This document shows positions 19,779-29,328 of a stretch of DNA of 32,000 nucleotides, piece after piece. The notes below the pieces were generated by a model. It searched no databases. It was given only the letters and a program-made list of their open reading frames with translations, and was not told the DNA's origin. How positions within the stretch are numbered: position 1 is the stretch's first letter; the number at the start of each line of letters is the position of its first letter. The position numbers were made by a program, and so were the translations under genes. Source of the stretch: Haloquadratum walsbyi C23 (GTDB taxonomy: Archaea > Halobacteriota > Halobacteria > Halobacteriales > Haloferacaceae); NCBI RefSeq assembly GCF_000237865.1, contig NC_017459.1:1590001-1622000 (forward strand), written 5' to 3'.

Positions 19779-19920
19779 TAAATTGAGTAGAAGAAATAAA
19801 AATATATCAGATTACATCTTAGCGCTACGGAATATAGATTCGAGGTATGTTCATTATATCAGGGTGGCTGGTCATGGTACGGCCGGTAGATACGACTGTC
19901 TCGATATCTAAGCGATTACT

Positions 19921-20202
19921 ATGTCTGCGCATGAGACAGAAGCCGATGGTATTGTTGCACGATATCGCGAGACTGAGACCGAACGCGTGCTTGAATTCGA
20001 ATCAGAGACTGGTGGGCAAACAGCCGCGGTTGCACAGAACCGAGAGGGATATGCAATGTTGAAGGTGAGACCGAACGCGAACGGTGATGAGTTAGAGCGA
20101 TATTATGGATTTGATATGGCACTCGATCACGCTGCAGAACTCCTTCGTGTCAATGTTCATGATCTTCCAATCCCTGAACCTGCTTCGGACATGGGAATGT
20201 AA
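19921..20202 (+). CDS. acidic hypothetical protein
   Basis: 93 aa with haloarchaeal-like acidic composition. No recognisable motif. Confidence 0.4.
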   Translation: MSAHETEADGIVARYRETETERVLEFESETGGQTAAVAQNREGYAMLKVRPNANGDELERYYGFDMALDHAAELLRVNVHDLPIPEPASDMGM

Positions 20203-20344
20203 TTTCTGTTTACAATTGCGTTCGTGACCATGCCTTCGCTCGCGCTGAGTCACGTCACATGCAATAACTAGACGTGAGTAAATCACTCGAGCATTCAGAC
20301 CGTATATAATATATTTTATATATTTTACATACTTGACATACTTG

Positions 20345-21043
20345 TCACTCGCGTCGCCAATAAAACTGCGGTCCAAACACGAGATAAGCAAGAGATAAGA
20401 ATAATAGCCCAAAGGCGAATCCTTCTCCGAGTGTACCAGCAATGTGATGCCCAAACGATCCAGTTAGTCCAATCGCTGCTGTTTGAACAGATCCCATCAC
20501 AATCGCATCTTGTGCATGGAGGTCAGGATATGTAATTGGTGCAAGCATAAGCACTGTCAATATCACCACTAGAGCGGACAGAATCGCTGGATTTGTGAAT
20601 CCAGCAAGCACGCTTGCAGCAAGAATTGTGGCTGCCAATGTTGTTTGGACACCCTCAGTCTCGTTGCTTGCACTATCATATGCTGTATAGAGACCAAGTC
20701 GTGTGACTGCAGCGGCGACGAACAGTGCCGTGCCACCGAGAGCGAGCCCCCACCAGTTTGATTGATGCCACACGTCAAGGATGACCACCGCAACTACTGA
20801 TGCCGGTGCAACACCGAATGAAGCGACATCTGCAAGTGAATCAAGATATTCACCGACAGTTGTTCCCCCACGATGTCGAGCAATGACCCCATCAAGCGCA
20901 TCGGCAATCGCTGCGAGTAGAATAAGCCGTACTGCAAGTGTAATATCCACTATTGCAGCTACTGTAGCAAGAAACCCAACAGCAGCATTGGCGATAGTCA
21001 CGACGTCGGCAAGCCCAATCCGACCGACGAACCGTGGTTCCAT
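20345..21043 (-). CDS. CDP-alcohol phosphatidyltransferase (archaetidylserine-synthase-like)
   Basis: DALDGVIARHRGGTTVGEYLDSLADVASFG matches the CDP-OH-P transferase signature D-G-x2-A-R...G-x3-D-x3-D. Multi-TM. Confidence 0.8.
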   Translation of the reverse strand: MEPRFVGRIGLADVVTIANAAVGFLATVAAIVDITLAVRLILLAAIADALDGVIARHRGGTTVGEYLDSLADVASFGVAPASVVAVVILDVWHQSNWWGLALGGTALFVAAAVTRLGLYTAYDSASNETEGVQTTLAATILAASVLAGFTNPAILSALVVILTVLMLAPITYPDLHAQDAIVMGSVQTAAIGLTGSFGHHIAGTLGEGFAFGLLFLSLAYLVFGPQFYWRRE

Positions 21044-21114
21044 ACTCCCAGCAATTCAGAGGACCAATTTACCTCTTTACATCTGTCTATTCGATATCAC
21101 CGCATCCTAGATTT

Positions 21115-21133
21115 TTGACATCCTCCTCCGCGT
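21115..21133 (+). repeat. 19-nt repeat TTGACATCCTCCTCCGCGT, copy 2
   Basis: Exact match to 19323-19341. The upstream AGATT context is also shared, with a 2-nt indel. Confidence 0.8.
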
Positions 21134-21356
21134 ATAGTACTTCATGAAACATTTTGAACCATCGGTCCTATGCAGCAGTATCAGCAGCTACTCTATGCCA
21201 AGATTTTGAATTGAATTTCTCAGTAAGTTTTCAGGAGTATTAAACGCCGTAGTATTGCGCCTGCTCAGCATATAATCGACTGGTGGACGACATGATAACT
21301 ATCATAAAATACCCTTACAAATAACTGATATACCGTTTGCGCTTGGAGAATAATGT

Positions 21357-21833
21357 ATGAACGACAAAGCGGTGAACAACACGGATACTCCATCGCGTCG
21401 ACAAGTTCTTACTTCATTCGGGACCGGTGTCGGTGCTGTTATGACGACAAGTATAGCTGGATGTCTTGGCGGAGGGTCTGAGCCTGGAAGCGGTGATGCA
21501 TACGATGTCGGGATGACAGCAATTGCGTATACACCACAGGAGATCACGATTACAGCGGGTGAGAGTGTTGTGTGGCAGAATACCAGTTCCCGTGGTCACA
21601 CGGTAACAGCGTATGAATCAGGAATTCCTGATGCAGCATCATATTTTGCAACTGGTGGCTATGAAACTGAGGATGCGGCTCGTGAGGCATTTCGAAATGA
21701 CCTTGGTGGACTAATTGACGGCGGTGAGACATGGGAATATACCTTTGATATACCAGGGACATATGAGTATCTCTGTATCCCACATGAACAACAGGGCATG
21801 ATTGGGACGGTCACTGTAGAACCTGTTGAGTAA
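21357..21833 (+). CDS. halocyanin (type-1 blue copper protein), Tat-lipoprotein signal
   Basis: Twin-arginine SRRQVLTS, lipobox IAGC, and copper ligands GHTV ... CIPHEQQGM (C-x2-H-x4-M). Confidence 0.8.
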   Translation: MNDKAVNNTDTPSRRQVLTSFGTGVGAVMTTSIAGCLGGGSEPGSGDAYDVGMTAIAYTPQEITITAGESVVWQNTSSRGHTVTAYESGIPDAASYFATGGYETEDAAREAFRNDLGGLIDGGETWEYTFDIPGTYEYLCIPHEQQGMIGTVTVEPVE

Positions 21834-21924
21834 CTAACTTCGCTATCGAGAGAGAACAGCTATTCAATCTGGAGTTTCTCGAAATTAATCGAGAGATAGA
21901 GATAAATACAAATACAAATATATC

Positions 21925-22563
21925 CTATTCGACTGCGACGTCTGCTTCGTCAACGTCAACTGCGGCAGCCTCTTCGGCGGCAACCTCTTCAGGACGAGCT
22001 TCAAGTGTTAGTTTCTTTACTTCAACGCGACGAAGTGGATAGATTGTCTTTGCTTCACCATAGATAGCAGAGGATAGTTGCCCTTCGATTGCAGCATCGA
22101 TAAGATCCGCAAATGTACGCTCATCGGCGGCATCTTCGACAAGATCGATCATAACGCGTCGAATTGCCTGTTCTTGACTTCGGTCGGCTTTCTTTGTTGT
22201 GAATGCAACTGGTTGGAGTTGCACACGATAGTCATCTGTCGTGCGGACAGTAATTGCAGCATCAATCTTCGATGCACCGCGTCGAATAAGACTTCGCAGG
22301 TAATCGCGTGCAAGTTCGTGTTTAATGAACTCAGTGTATGCTGCATCGCTCGTGACATCGTTTACTTTGAATGTGAGCTTAGTATTGTTCTCGCCTTGGT
22401 CACCAGTGATATCACCAAGTGTTACTTCAAGTGTTCGTCCGTGGATCTTCTCAGGGTCGTCTGCAAAGGTTGATCCAAGTTCACTGCGGTCAAATTGCTC
22501 TGGAGCAATTATGCTATACCATCGGTCGCTACTCTTCTGTTTTGAAACTGATCGTTCACTCAT
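21925..22563 (-). CDS. rps3ae: 30S ribosomal protein S3Ae (eS1)
   Basis: SDRWYSIIAPEQFD...GRTLEVTLGDITGD... is a typical eS1 sequence. Overlaps the stop of the upstream gene by 8 nt. Confidence 0.9.
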   Translation of the reverse strand: MSERSVSKQKSSDRWYSIIAPEQFDRSELGSTFADDPEKIHGRTLEVTLGDITGDQGENNTKLTFKVNDVTSDAAYTEFIKHELARDYLRSLIRRGASKIDAAITVRTTDDYRVQLQPVAFTTKKADRSQEQAIRRVMIDLVEDAADERTFADLIDAAIEGQLSSAIYGEAKTIYPLRRVEVKKLTLEARPEEVAAEEAAAVDVDEADVAVE

Positions 22564-23107
22564 GTGTTTGAGATGTGTGTGATTGTGATTGTGATTCTGA
22601 ATCTATACAACTCTGACGACACTGTTCAACTGCGGTGATGACGGCATCTGCTACCGTCAGATTGACAATCATGTCATCGACTGTTGATTGCATCCCACCA
22701 GTCGTCTCGCGGGTTATTGTTGTCTGAAGGGTTTCTGTCTGATTATCAACAGACATTGTCATTGATGCGGTGTTGTCTGGTCGCACTGCTGCTGCGACGA
22801 GTTCAACATCAGTGTGTGTCGTCTCAACTTGCGCGGTTCGTGATACTCCCGCCGAATCTGCATCGACGCACGACTCTGCATCTGTAGACGGCGATGACGG
22901 CGATGACAACGATGACAATGACCCTGAGTCTAGCTCTGACTCGGAGTCCGATCTTTGTGTGTAGGTCATGCCCATAGTTGCATCATCATCCTCTGTTGCA
23001 TCGCGTTGATCATTCACTCGATACTTCGTATTGGTTGCATCGTTTTCGTGCTTGCAATTATTGCTTGTATGTGTAGTATCCTCCGCTGATTGATTCTTAT
23101 CTGTCAT
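22556..23107 (-). CDS. KEOPS Pcc1-like protein with a long acidic/Ser-rich N-terminal extension
   Basis: The C-terminal about 70 aa, VAAAVRPDNTASMTMSVDNQTETLQTTITRETTGGMQSTVDDMIVNLTVA, resembles haloarchaeal Pcc1. The position between the recJ-like gene and rps3ae fits. Confidence 0.5.
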   Translation of the reverse strand: MTDKNQSAEDTTHTSNNCKHENDATNTKYRVNDQRDATEDDDATMGMTYTQRSDSESELDSGSLSSLSSPSSPSTDAESCVDADSAGVSRTAQVETTHTDVELVAAAVRPDNTASMTMSVDNQTETLQTTITRETTGGMQSTVDDMIVNLTVADAVITAVEQCRQSCIDSESQSQSHTSQTHE

Positions 23108-23117
23108 ATATCCATCC

Positions 23118-24779
23118 TCATGATTCCTCTCGGGTCAGTTCACGGACAACAGCGATAATCTCCGCTGGAGGGACTGTCGAATTAACACGCACAAGTGCTT
23201 GATTCGCATCTCCAACCCATCCATCCTGCATTTGATTTATTTCATCATCACCCGTATCACCTGCATTAGCGCCATCGTCGACATCATCAGATTCCGCTGG
23301 TGTGGTTGTTGAATCCATCTGACTGACAGCGTTATTCTCCGCAGGAATATCAGTTGTCTCTATATCAATGTTGGTCCTGAGTGCCTCCGCGACCACAACT
23401 GCATCAACAGTAGTTGATGTTGACTGCGTATCCCGTGTTGGTTGTGTGGCAACTGCGACAACCTCCTCACCAATTGCAAGCACAAGAGACTCAGGTGTCT
23501 GATATCTTGACGCAAGCTCTGCGACTGTCAATAACCGCCCCGGGGTCGATATATCGCCTACCGAACTGTCTGTCTCTGTTTTCCCGGATTCAGTAGTGCT
23601 ACTCATCTCATCAGGACCCGAGGTGGTTGATGAGTCTTGGAACTCATCATGGTCACGGCATCGAAGGAGATAGACACCGTCATATCGCCCTGTATGTGCA
23701 GTTTGGAGTATGTGATGAACAGCTCGTGCATGTTCACGCCAAGCGCTGAGTACTGCATCACTTGCATCATGACTGATTGCGAATGCAATAGCAGTTCCCG
23801 GGCGCTCGCGTGAAACTGCACGCAGAACGTCTGCGTATCCTTCAATTGTTGTCATCGGACCATCTGGTAGATACTGCGGATGAAGAGCCTGCTCAAGAGA
23901 TATTGCAGTTCCAACTGTCGGCGTCGATGCCTTGATTACATCAATCGTGACCGCAGAAGCAATCGTCCGCTGATCCTCATCTGAGAGATTTATTAATGAT
24001 ACCGCATCAGTGAATTCACCTTGATCATCACCTTCACTACTATGAGCATCAATGTCAACGTCAAGATCAATCTCAGCCATCATCGCTTGAGTTGCATCAA
24101 CATCTCCGCTGAATGATGCATGCATTAATGTCGAGTGAGCAAGACCATCAACAACATTGCTAATAGGGATCCCGACTCCTGGTTGCTGGTCAACTGAGAC
24201 AGTGTCTGTTGTTGTCAGTGTTTCAAGTAGTGATGTAGCGAACCCACTATCATCCGTTGTTTGTGATTGTGCCTGCGTTTGCTCTTGATTATTACTCGCT
24301 GACTTCGTTTCGAGTGAAACGCCGGTTGTAATGATACCAGCAAGTGCAAGTAGTGTATCAGTCGGTGGAATGGTAATATTCACATCTTCTCCACTCACGT
24401 CATCGGTCGTATCTACTCCGGACTCAGATGCGTGCGTTGGCGTAGTGAGTGCCTCAGTGACTGCATAAACACTGCGTGTCACCGATCGTTCGACCGGATT
24501 AATATTGATATCTGCTGCTGGATGCGATAATCCAAGTGCAATACAGCAACCATCATCCTGGTCGGTAACCGTTGGATTAGCGTGCCCAAACTGATCAGCG
24601 CGAATTTGAAACGGAGTGCTCTCCCGACGAAGTGCGCGCGCAAGGAGTCCTGCTGCCGCAATTGCATCACCATTACTCCGACAAATAACACGAACAAATG
24701 CTGTATCTGTAAGTGTCGTTGCGACGCTCTCAGCAGAGCCATCTATTGTCGGCATCTCAGAGCGTGTTGATATTGTCAT
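23118..24779 (-). CDS. RecJ/DHH-superfamily-like protein, highly diverged with low-complexity inserts
   Basis: The N-terminal VRVICRSNGDAIAAAGLLARAL resembles DHH motif I/II with the acidic residues partly replaced. It lies in the conserved archaeal neighbourhood rps15-recJ-like-rps3ae. The start is taken at MTISTRSE; the ORF track extends to 24890. Confidence 0.4.
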   Translation of the reverse strand: MTISTRSEMPTIDGSAESVATTLTDTAFVRVICRSNGDAIAAAGLLARALRRESTPFQIRADQFGHANPTVTDQDDGCCIALGLSHPAADININPVERSVTRSVYAVTEALTTPTHASESGVDTTDDVSGEDVNITIPPTDTLLALAGIITTGVSLETKSASNNQEQTQAQSQTTDDSGFATSLLETLTTTDTVSVDQQPGVGIPISNVVDGLAHSTLMHASFSGDVDATQAMMAEIDLDVDIDAHSSEGDDQGEFTDAVSLINLSDEDQRTIASAVTIDVIKASTPTVGTAISLEQALHPQYLPDGPMTTIEGYADVLRAVSRERPGTAIAFAISHDASDAVLSAWREHARAVHHILQTAHTGRYDGVYLLRCRDHDEFQDSSTTSGPDEMSSTTESGKTETDSSVGDISTPGRLLTVAELASRYQTPESLVLAIGEEVVAVATQPTRDTQSTSTTVDAVVVAEALRTNIDIETTDIPAENNAVSQMDSTTTPAESDDVDDGANAGDTGDDEINQMQDGWVGDANQALVRVNSTVPPAEIIAVVRELTREES

Positions 24780-24959
24780 CGTCGGTATACGTTGAGTTGA
24801 GTCGATTAGCAGTCTCTCAGAGCTAAAACTCTGACATGGTGATGATATCAGCGTAATTACTGTCTGTCCCTGGTATCCTGTGATGAACACACAGCAATCA
24901 TGCGCTGAGAAATCATATGATCAATCTGGGTCATATATTTTTGAGCTTGGGTTTTCTGT

Positions 24960-25436
24960 CTATGCCTCTTCCGCCTCAAGTAATTCGACAGCGACTTCAA
25001 AGCTGTAGGTGAAGTCCTCATCAAGTTCGTCGCCACGATAGTATGAAGCGAGACGACGGATTTTCGACTCAGTATTTTGAAGTGCACGCTTATTCTGCAT
25101 GTCCTGTCCGTTTTCATCGACATGTCGTCTGAGTCGAATTGCGCGCTCCATGAGATTTCGAAGATCTTCAGGAAGCTCCGGCTTTGCGTTATGCTCCTCA
25201 AGGATTGTCGTTACTTTCTTATCAGTCGCAAGTTTGACATCTGGAATCGGAGTTCCTTTGACGCCTTCATCTCGAAGTTTCATCCCGATTTGACTTGGTT
25301 CATGTCCTTGCTCCGCAAGTTCGACAACGCGTTCTTCAATTGCGTCAGCATCAATATCGCTCCACTCTGGGGGGTCATCTGCCACCGGCTTGTCCGAACC
25401 GGACGAACCGCGGCGGCGGGTGTGCATTCGTGCCAT
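24960..25436 (-). CDS. rps15: 30S ribosomal protein S15 (uS15)
   Basis: MARMHTRRRGSSGSDKP... plus C-terminal RLRRHV...NKRALQNTESKIRRLASYY. Confidence 0.9.
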   Translation of the reverse strand: MARMHTRRRGSSGSDKPVADDPPEWSDIDADAIEERVVELAEQGHEPSQIGMKLRDEGVKGTPIPDVKLATDKKVTTILEEHNAKPELPEDLRNLMERAIRLRRHVDENGQDMQNKRALQNTESKIRRLASYYRGDELDEDFTYSFEVAVELLEAEEA

Positions 25437-25720
25437 TGGTGTATCAATCTAAATTGGTCAATATACGTTGATTGGAACGGCACAGACCGCAGAAAAGCGG
25501 TGAAGTAAGAGACGAGTATCAGATACGGCTCTTGTGTCACACTTCCGCAATCCCAAGCCGTCTAGAGACGGCAAGTCAGATTTGCGGCCGTGCTGTTCCC
25601 AACTAAATTATCGGTTGAGTGTATAAAAAACATTGCGACTGACAGATACCGATGATATTGGTACTGATATATGAGTCGAAGGGCTTAATATTACAATTGA
25701 AATAATATATCGTACAATGT

Positions 25721-25792
25721 GGGCTCGTAGATCAGGGGTAGATCACTCCCTTGGCATGGGAGAGGCCCCGGGTTCAAATCCCGGCGAGTCCA
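25721..25792 (+). tRNA. tRNA-Ala (anticodon GGC)
   Basis: Cloverleaf folded by hand: acceptor GGGCTCG/CGAGTCC with G3:U70, D arm GATC/GATC, anticodon arm CTCCC-TTGGCAT-GGGAG, 5-nt variable loop, T arm CCGGG-TTCAAAT-CCCGG, discriminator A. CCA is not encoded. Confidence 0.9.
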
Positions 25793-26004
25793 TACCGCTC
25801 CTTCGTCGCGGTGGATTGACCAGACGGCGCGGGGGTCGTTATAAAGAACCCCCCTTATTTACCCCCCATTTCTGCTGTTTTTCAAACGGTCCTGAGAGGG
25901 CAAAACTCAATCCAAAGTATTCCGTCGCGGTACACCACCCCTACACGTACCCCGGTTACACCCAGTGAGTTTCTTTTATTGACATATAATTCTATTCATT
26001 CCGG

Positions 26005-27803
26005 CTAACAAAACGACGCCAACCCCTTCTGACTCATACCATTCACCGCACACTGAACATCAATCTCAATCGCCGCAAGCACACTGTCAAGAGGACGAAT
26101 AACCGCGCCCTCTATCATGCGATCAACGTCAACGATAAACTCACCATCGTAACTCGCAATCTCATCAACAGTATTGAATCCGATCACGTCGATGTTCCGA
26201 TTCATCTCATCGGAGTACTGATTGTCGAGATACACTCGCATTGGTTTATCGCCTGATCCAATATTTGTGTCAAGCATATGGTTTGCGTTCCACGCCGCTC
26301 GTGGGTGTGCCCCCTGTGGATGATTGCCGCTGGAAGACCAGTTGTAATAATCATCGTTGTCGGCGTGCTCTTGACTAATCTTCTTTCCAAGCCCGCCGGG
26401 GATGCCGATGGAACCCCAATCTTCACTGCTGAGTCCGGGGTAATAACGTTCGATGCGGCTTCCACGATACTTACTATTTTATTTTCGCTTTTCCCGTCAA
26501 GAATGGCTTCTATGACCTTCTTCTGCGTGTTTTGAGTCAATTCTGAAAAGTCAGACCGCTTAGATCCATAGCCGACTATCTTCCGTTCGGGATTGTCACT
26601 AATGTCGTCGCCCTCGTCCCAATGACACAGATATGCGTACCGTTTCTTCTTGCCTGATTGGAAGAACCGCTTGATGTAGTTCTCGCGCTCGATCAACCAC
26701 TCGTTGTCTTCGACCGGAACATTGTACTGCTCGTTGACGAAGCGGGGATACACCTCATTGCTCAACGTGTCGCATACTTCTTTGGCACGTCGCAAGCATT
26801 TCTCCATGCTCCAGTCGTCAGACCACTTAATGTAATTACTGTCAGTGTCACCGTACAATACTTCGCCTTCGGTTTCTTCTTCGACGTACTGTGCAGTCCG
26901 TTTGATACATTTCCGACCTAAGACGGTGATTGCTTCTGCTACATCTTTGTCGTATAGGAAGAAGTGTTCCCATCCGAGCACTCCGTAGATTGAGTTAGTG
27001 ATAGTTTTGGCAACGGCGTACCGTTCACCCCACGTTGCAACTGCTTCTCGATCACCACGGTCACCAGCGTCGTTTTTCTTGTCACGGTAACTTTCTTTGA
27101 GGTCAATGGCTTCGTCAATTAGCTCTCGAAAGATGCCGTCTTCTCGTCGGTCAAAGTAGATTCCGTTTGGACTTTTATTGTGCGAGAAGCCCGGCGTGGT
27201 TGGACTCTCTATCTTTTTCTCGGGCGAGATATTGAACATCTTCATCGCCATTGGATACAATGACTTCACATCAATTCCTGTGACATTCTCGTAGACACCG
27301 TTGGCTGGTTCAAAGACGTGCCCGCCGCCGAAGTCCTCCTTGCCTTGGAAGTGCTTAGTTGGTCCGTGCAGTCCTTCTTCGTGTAACTTGCACCGAACGA
27401 ACATCTCGATGAATTGGTTGTTTTGTCGAGTCAGGTCAAAGTCAACGCCGACCTCCTCACGGAGAGCGTTCTTGAACCCGATAACTCCCGCCTCTTTGTT
27501 AATGCCGACTGTCAATAGCGTGTCTTTTGCATTGTAGTTGAGAAACTTGATTGGGTTTTCTTGCCACATTTCGTGGTAACCCATGTCACTGTGTTCTATT
27601 TTGGCGTCGTCCAGCTCAACTTGTGCTACGGCGTCGAGACGGTATGATTGAAGCTCGCTGCGTTTGGTGTCTTTGTATGCGCTCAAGAGGTCGTACACAG
27701 TCCGTCCACCGAACTCTTGAACATCTGCCCATCCACTCCCTGATAACTTCACACTGCCGTCTTTACGCGCCATACGGTCGGTACTGACACCAAGTTGTTC
27801 CAT
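26005..27803 (-). pseudogene. polB: family-B DNA polymerase, N-terminally truncated and frameshifted
   Basis: Exo III LNYNAKDTLL, motif A GIDVKSLYPMAM, motif B KTITNSIYGVLG, motif C LYGDTDS. Exo I/II are absent, and an in-frame stop at 27825-27827 lies 7 codons upstream of the first Met. A reading-frame change near the G4/C4 run at 26437-26440 joins the 533-aa ORF to the 26005-26277 ORF. By hand, the alternative frame reads ...PGLSSEDWGSIGIPGGLGKKISQEHADNDDYYNWSSSGNHPQGAHPRAAWNANHMLDTNIGSGDKPMRVYL.... Confidence 0.75.
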
Positions 27804-27866
27804 GCGACCGAGGAGCCATATGACTTATATTTTTAAAACAGTGACACGAATCTTGCAATATATCGC

Positions 27867-29282
27867 ATGGCATCAAGATATCTTGGGGTTTTTAATAGAT
27901 ATGATCTTTTTGGGAAATCAATCCCTGGCGCGACGCTCACAGCCGGAATTATTCTGATATCACCGAATGATAATTTACCTACCCAATATGGTAACAATCC
28001 CACATTAATCGAGCTGGTGGCTCTGATTGCTGCTGCTCTGGCTATCGGATTATTAATTGGTGAAGCAATCCATATGTTCGCTCGAGTAACTGAAAGATTT
28101 CTCCTAAATGTCGGACGACGGCTGATTAAGTTTGGACGAAAACTAAAAGATAGTGTCTTATCTCTCACTGGATCATTAAAGATCTTAGAACTTAAACTAA
28201 AGCCTAATTATGACTTCAACACTGATGATCTGGATAAAAAAGTTGGAGACAATGAGCGACCTGGCTCAATGGATCACCCGGACGCTGAAGAGGTAGCTAA
28301 ACTAATTCAATCTGATTCAGTAAGTAGTGACTCAGATAGCGAAAAAGGGGATAAACCAATTCGAATTGATTCAGTAAGTAGTGACTTAGATATCGAAAAA
28401 GGGGATAAACTGGTTCCAGATGATTCAGTAAGTAGTGACTCAGATAGCGAAAAAGGGGATAAACTGGTTCCAGATGATTCAGTAAGTAGTGACTCAGATA
28501 GCGAAAAAGGGAATAAACTGGTTCCAGATGATTCAGTAAGTAGTGACCCAGATGAAGACAAAACGGCTAATCAGGAGGAAGTGGGACTTATAAATGTGTT
28601 AGAACATCCATCAAATATATTGCGTTTACAACCAGGAATCTACAAGTCGATTCCGGAAATAATGGTTCAGATTCTTCAATGGGTATCGTATGTAATAGTC
28701 AATGTTATTACCATACCGTTGCGGAAGATACTCAATACAACTGTTTGGTTCAGTGGTTGGGTAGTCGACAAGCTATATCCCGTGTTCCAACGACATCGTG
28801 TATTATTTCAGGTATGGATTAGTTCAAACTACGATTATACATATCCAGAACACTTGGATCGCTGGGAGCCATCTGATCCGGTTTTAGCAAGAAAACTTGA
28901 CGAACAATGTAGTGAAATACATGATATCAAGCTAAAACAACGCGAAAGCCCTCCTGACGAATCTTTCTACACCTTCGTGGCGGCAAATGTCGGGCAGAAT
29001 TCTGAGACTCTTTCACAACGGTTTCAAAATCTCTATTCTTTCTGCCGAAGCATGTGGGTGGTGTTTTCAATTATATTAATCATTTACACGTTGTCAATAT
29101 ATTTAGCAATTATCGACACAGACTCTTCTCGTTACATATTAATTTCCTCTATTCTTTTTGTTTTAATTCTTCTTTTTTTGACTTCTACAGGAACATATAA
29201 AAAATTATATATAAAATATCTTATCTCCGAAATGTCAGTGCTCGAAAAATATGAAACATCCACAACTGAAACTGATCAGTAA
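27867..29282 (+). CDS. multi-TM protein of unknown family with an internal acidic tandem-repeat linker
   Basis: 471 aa. N-terminal TM pair (ATLTAGIILI, LIELVALIAAALAIGLLIGEAI), central hydrophobic segments (VQILQWVSYVIVNVITIPL, VWFSGWVV), and a C-terminal TM pair (MWVVFSIILIIYTLSIYLAII, ILISSILFVLILLFLTS). AT-rich codon usage unlike the core genes. Confidence 0.65.
   Translation: MASRYLGVFNRYDLFGKSIPGATLTAGIILISPNDNLPTQYGNNPTLIELVALIAAALAIGLLIGEAIHMFARVTERFLLNVGRRLIKFGRKLKDSVLSLTGSLKILELKLKPNYDFNTDDLDKKVGDNERPGSMDHPDAEEVAKLIQSDSVSSDSDSEKGDKPIRIDSVSSDLDIEKGDKLVPDDSVSSDSDSEKGDKLVPDDSVSSDSDSEKGNKLVPDDSVSSDPDEDKTANQEEVGLINVLEHPSNILRLQPGIYKSIPEIMVQILQWVSYVIVNVITIPLRKILNTTVWFSGWVVDKLYPVFQRHRVLFQVWISSNYDYTYPEHLDRWEPSDPVLARKLDEQCSEIHDIKLKQRESPPDESFYTFVAANVGQNSETLSQRFQNLYSFCRSMWVVFSIILIIYTLSIYLAIIDTDSSRYILISSILFVLILLFLTSTGTYKKLYIKYLISEMSVLEKYETSTTETDQ
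28314..28559 (+). repeat. 4.5 tandem copies of a 54-bp in-frame repeat (18 aa, DSVSSDSDSEKGDKLVPD)
   Basis: Repeat units start at 28314, 28368, 28422, 28476 and 28530. Units 3 and 4 differ by a single nucleotide. Confidence 0.9.
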
Positions 29283-29328
29283 TCTGCATGCGCATAATTT
29301 ACATATAACCGTATCATTTATCTTATTC

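Noticed and set aside
25686-25710. TATA-box assignment for the tRNA-Ala promoter (TTAATATTAC / AATAATATAT)
   Set aside because: Two AT-rich candidates lie at plausible but different distances from the tRNA 5' end. The sequence alone cannot decide between them, so no promoter feature is reported.
25717-25968. 83-aa plus-strand ORF in the track
   Set aside because: It starts inside and reads through the tRNA-Ala gene. The product is Arg/Gly/Pro-rich and not acidic. It is almost certainly a translation artefact of the tRNA and a GC-rich spacer.
26202-26440. C-terminal about 80 aa of the 533-aa ORF (…DSAVKIGVPSASPAGLERRLVKSTPTT…ISTPMR) as genuine protein sequence
   Set aside because: The composition becomes non-PolB-like. 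An alternative frame gives PolB-like sequence that runs seamlessly into the 26005-26277 ORF. I interpret the tail as out-of-frame read-through after a frameshift.
28314-28559. Regularly spaced repeats as a possible CRISPR array
   Set aside because: The units are directly adjacent with no spacers, have a period of 54 bp (a multiple of 3), and lie in frame within a long ORF. No cas genes are nearby. This is a coding tandem repeat.
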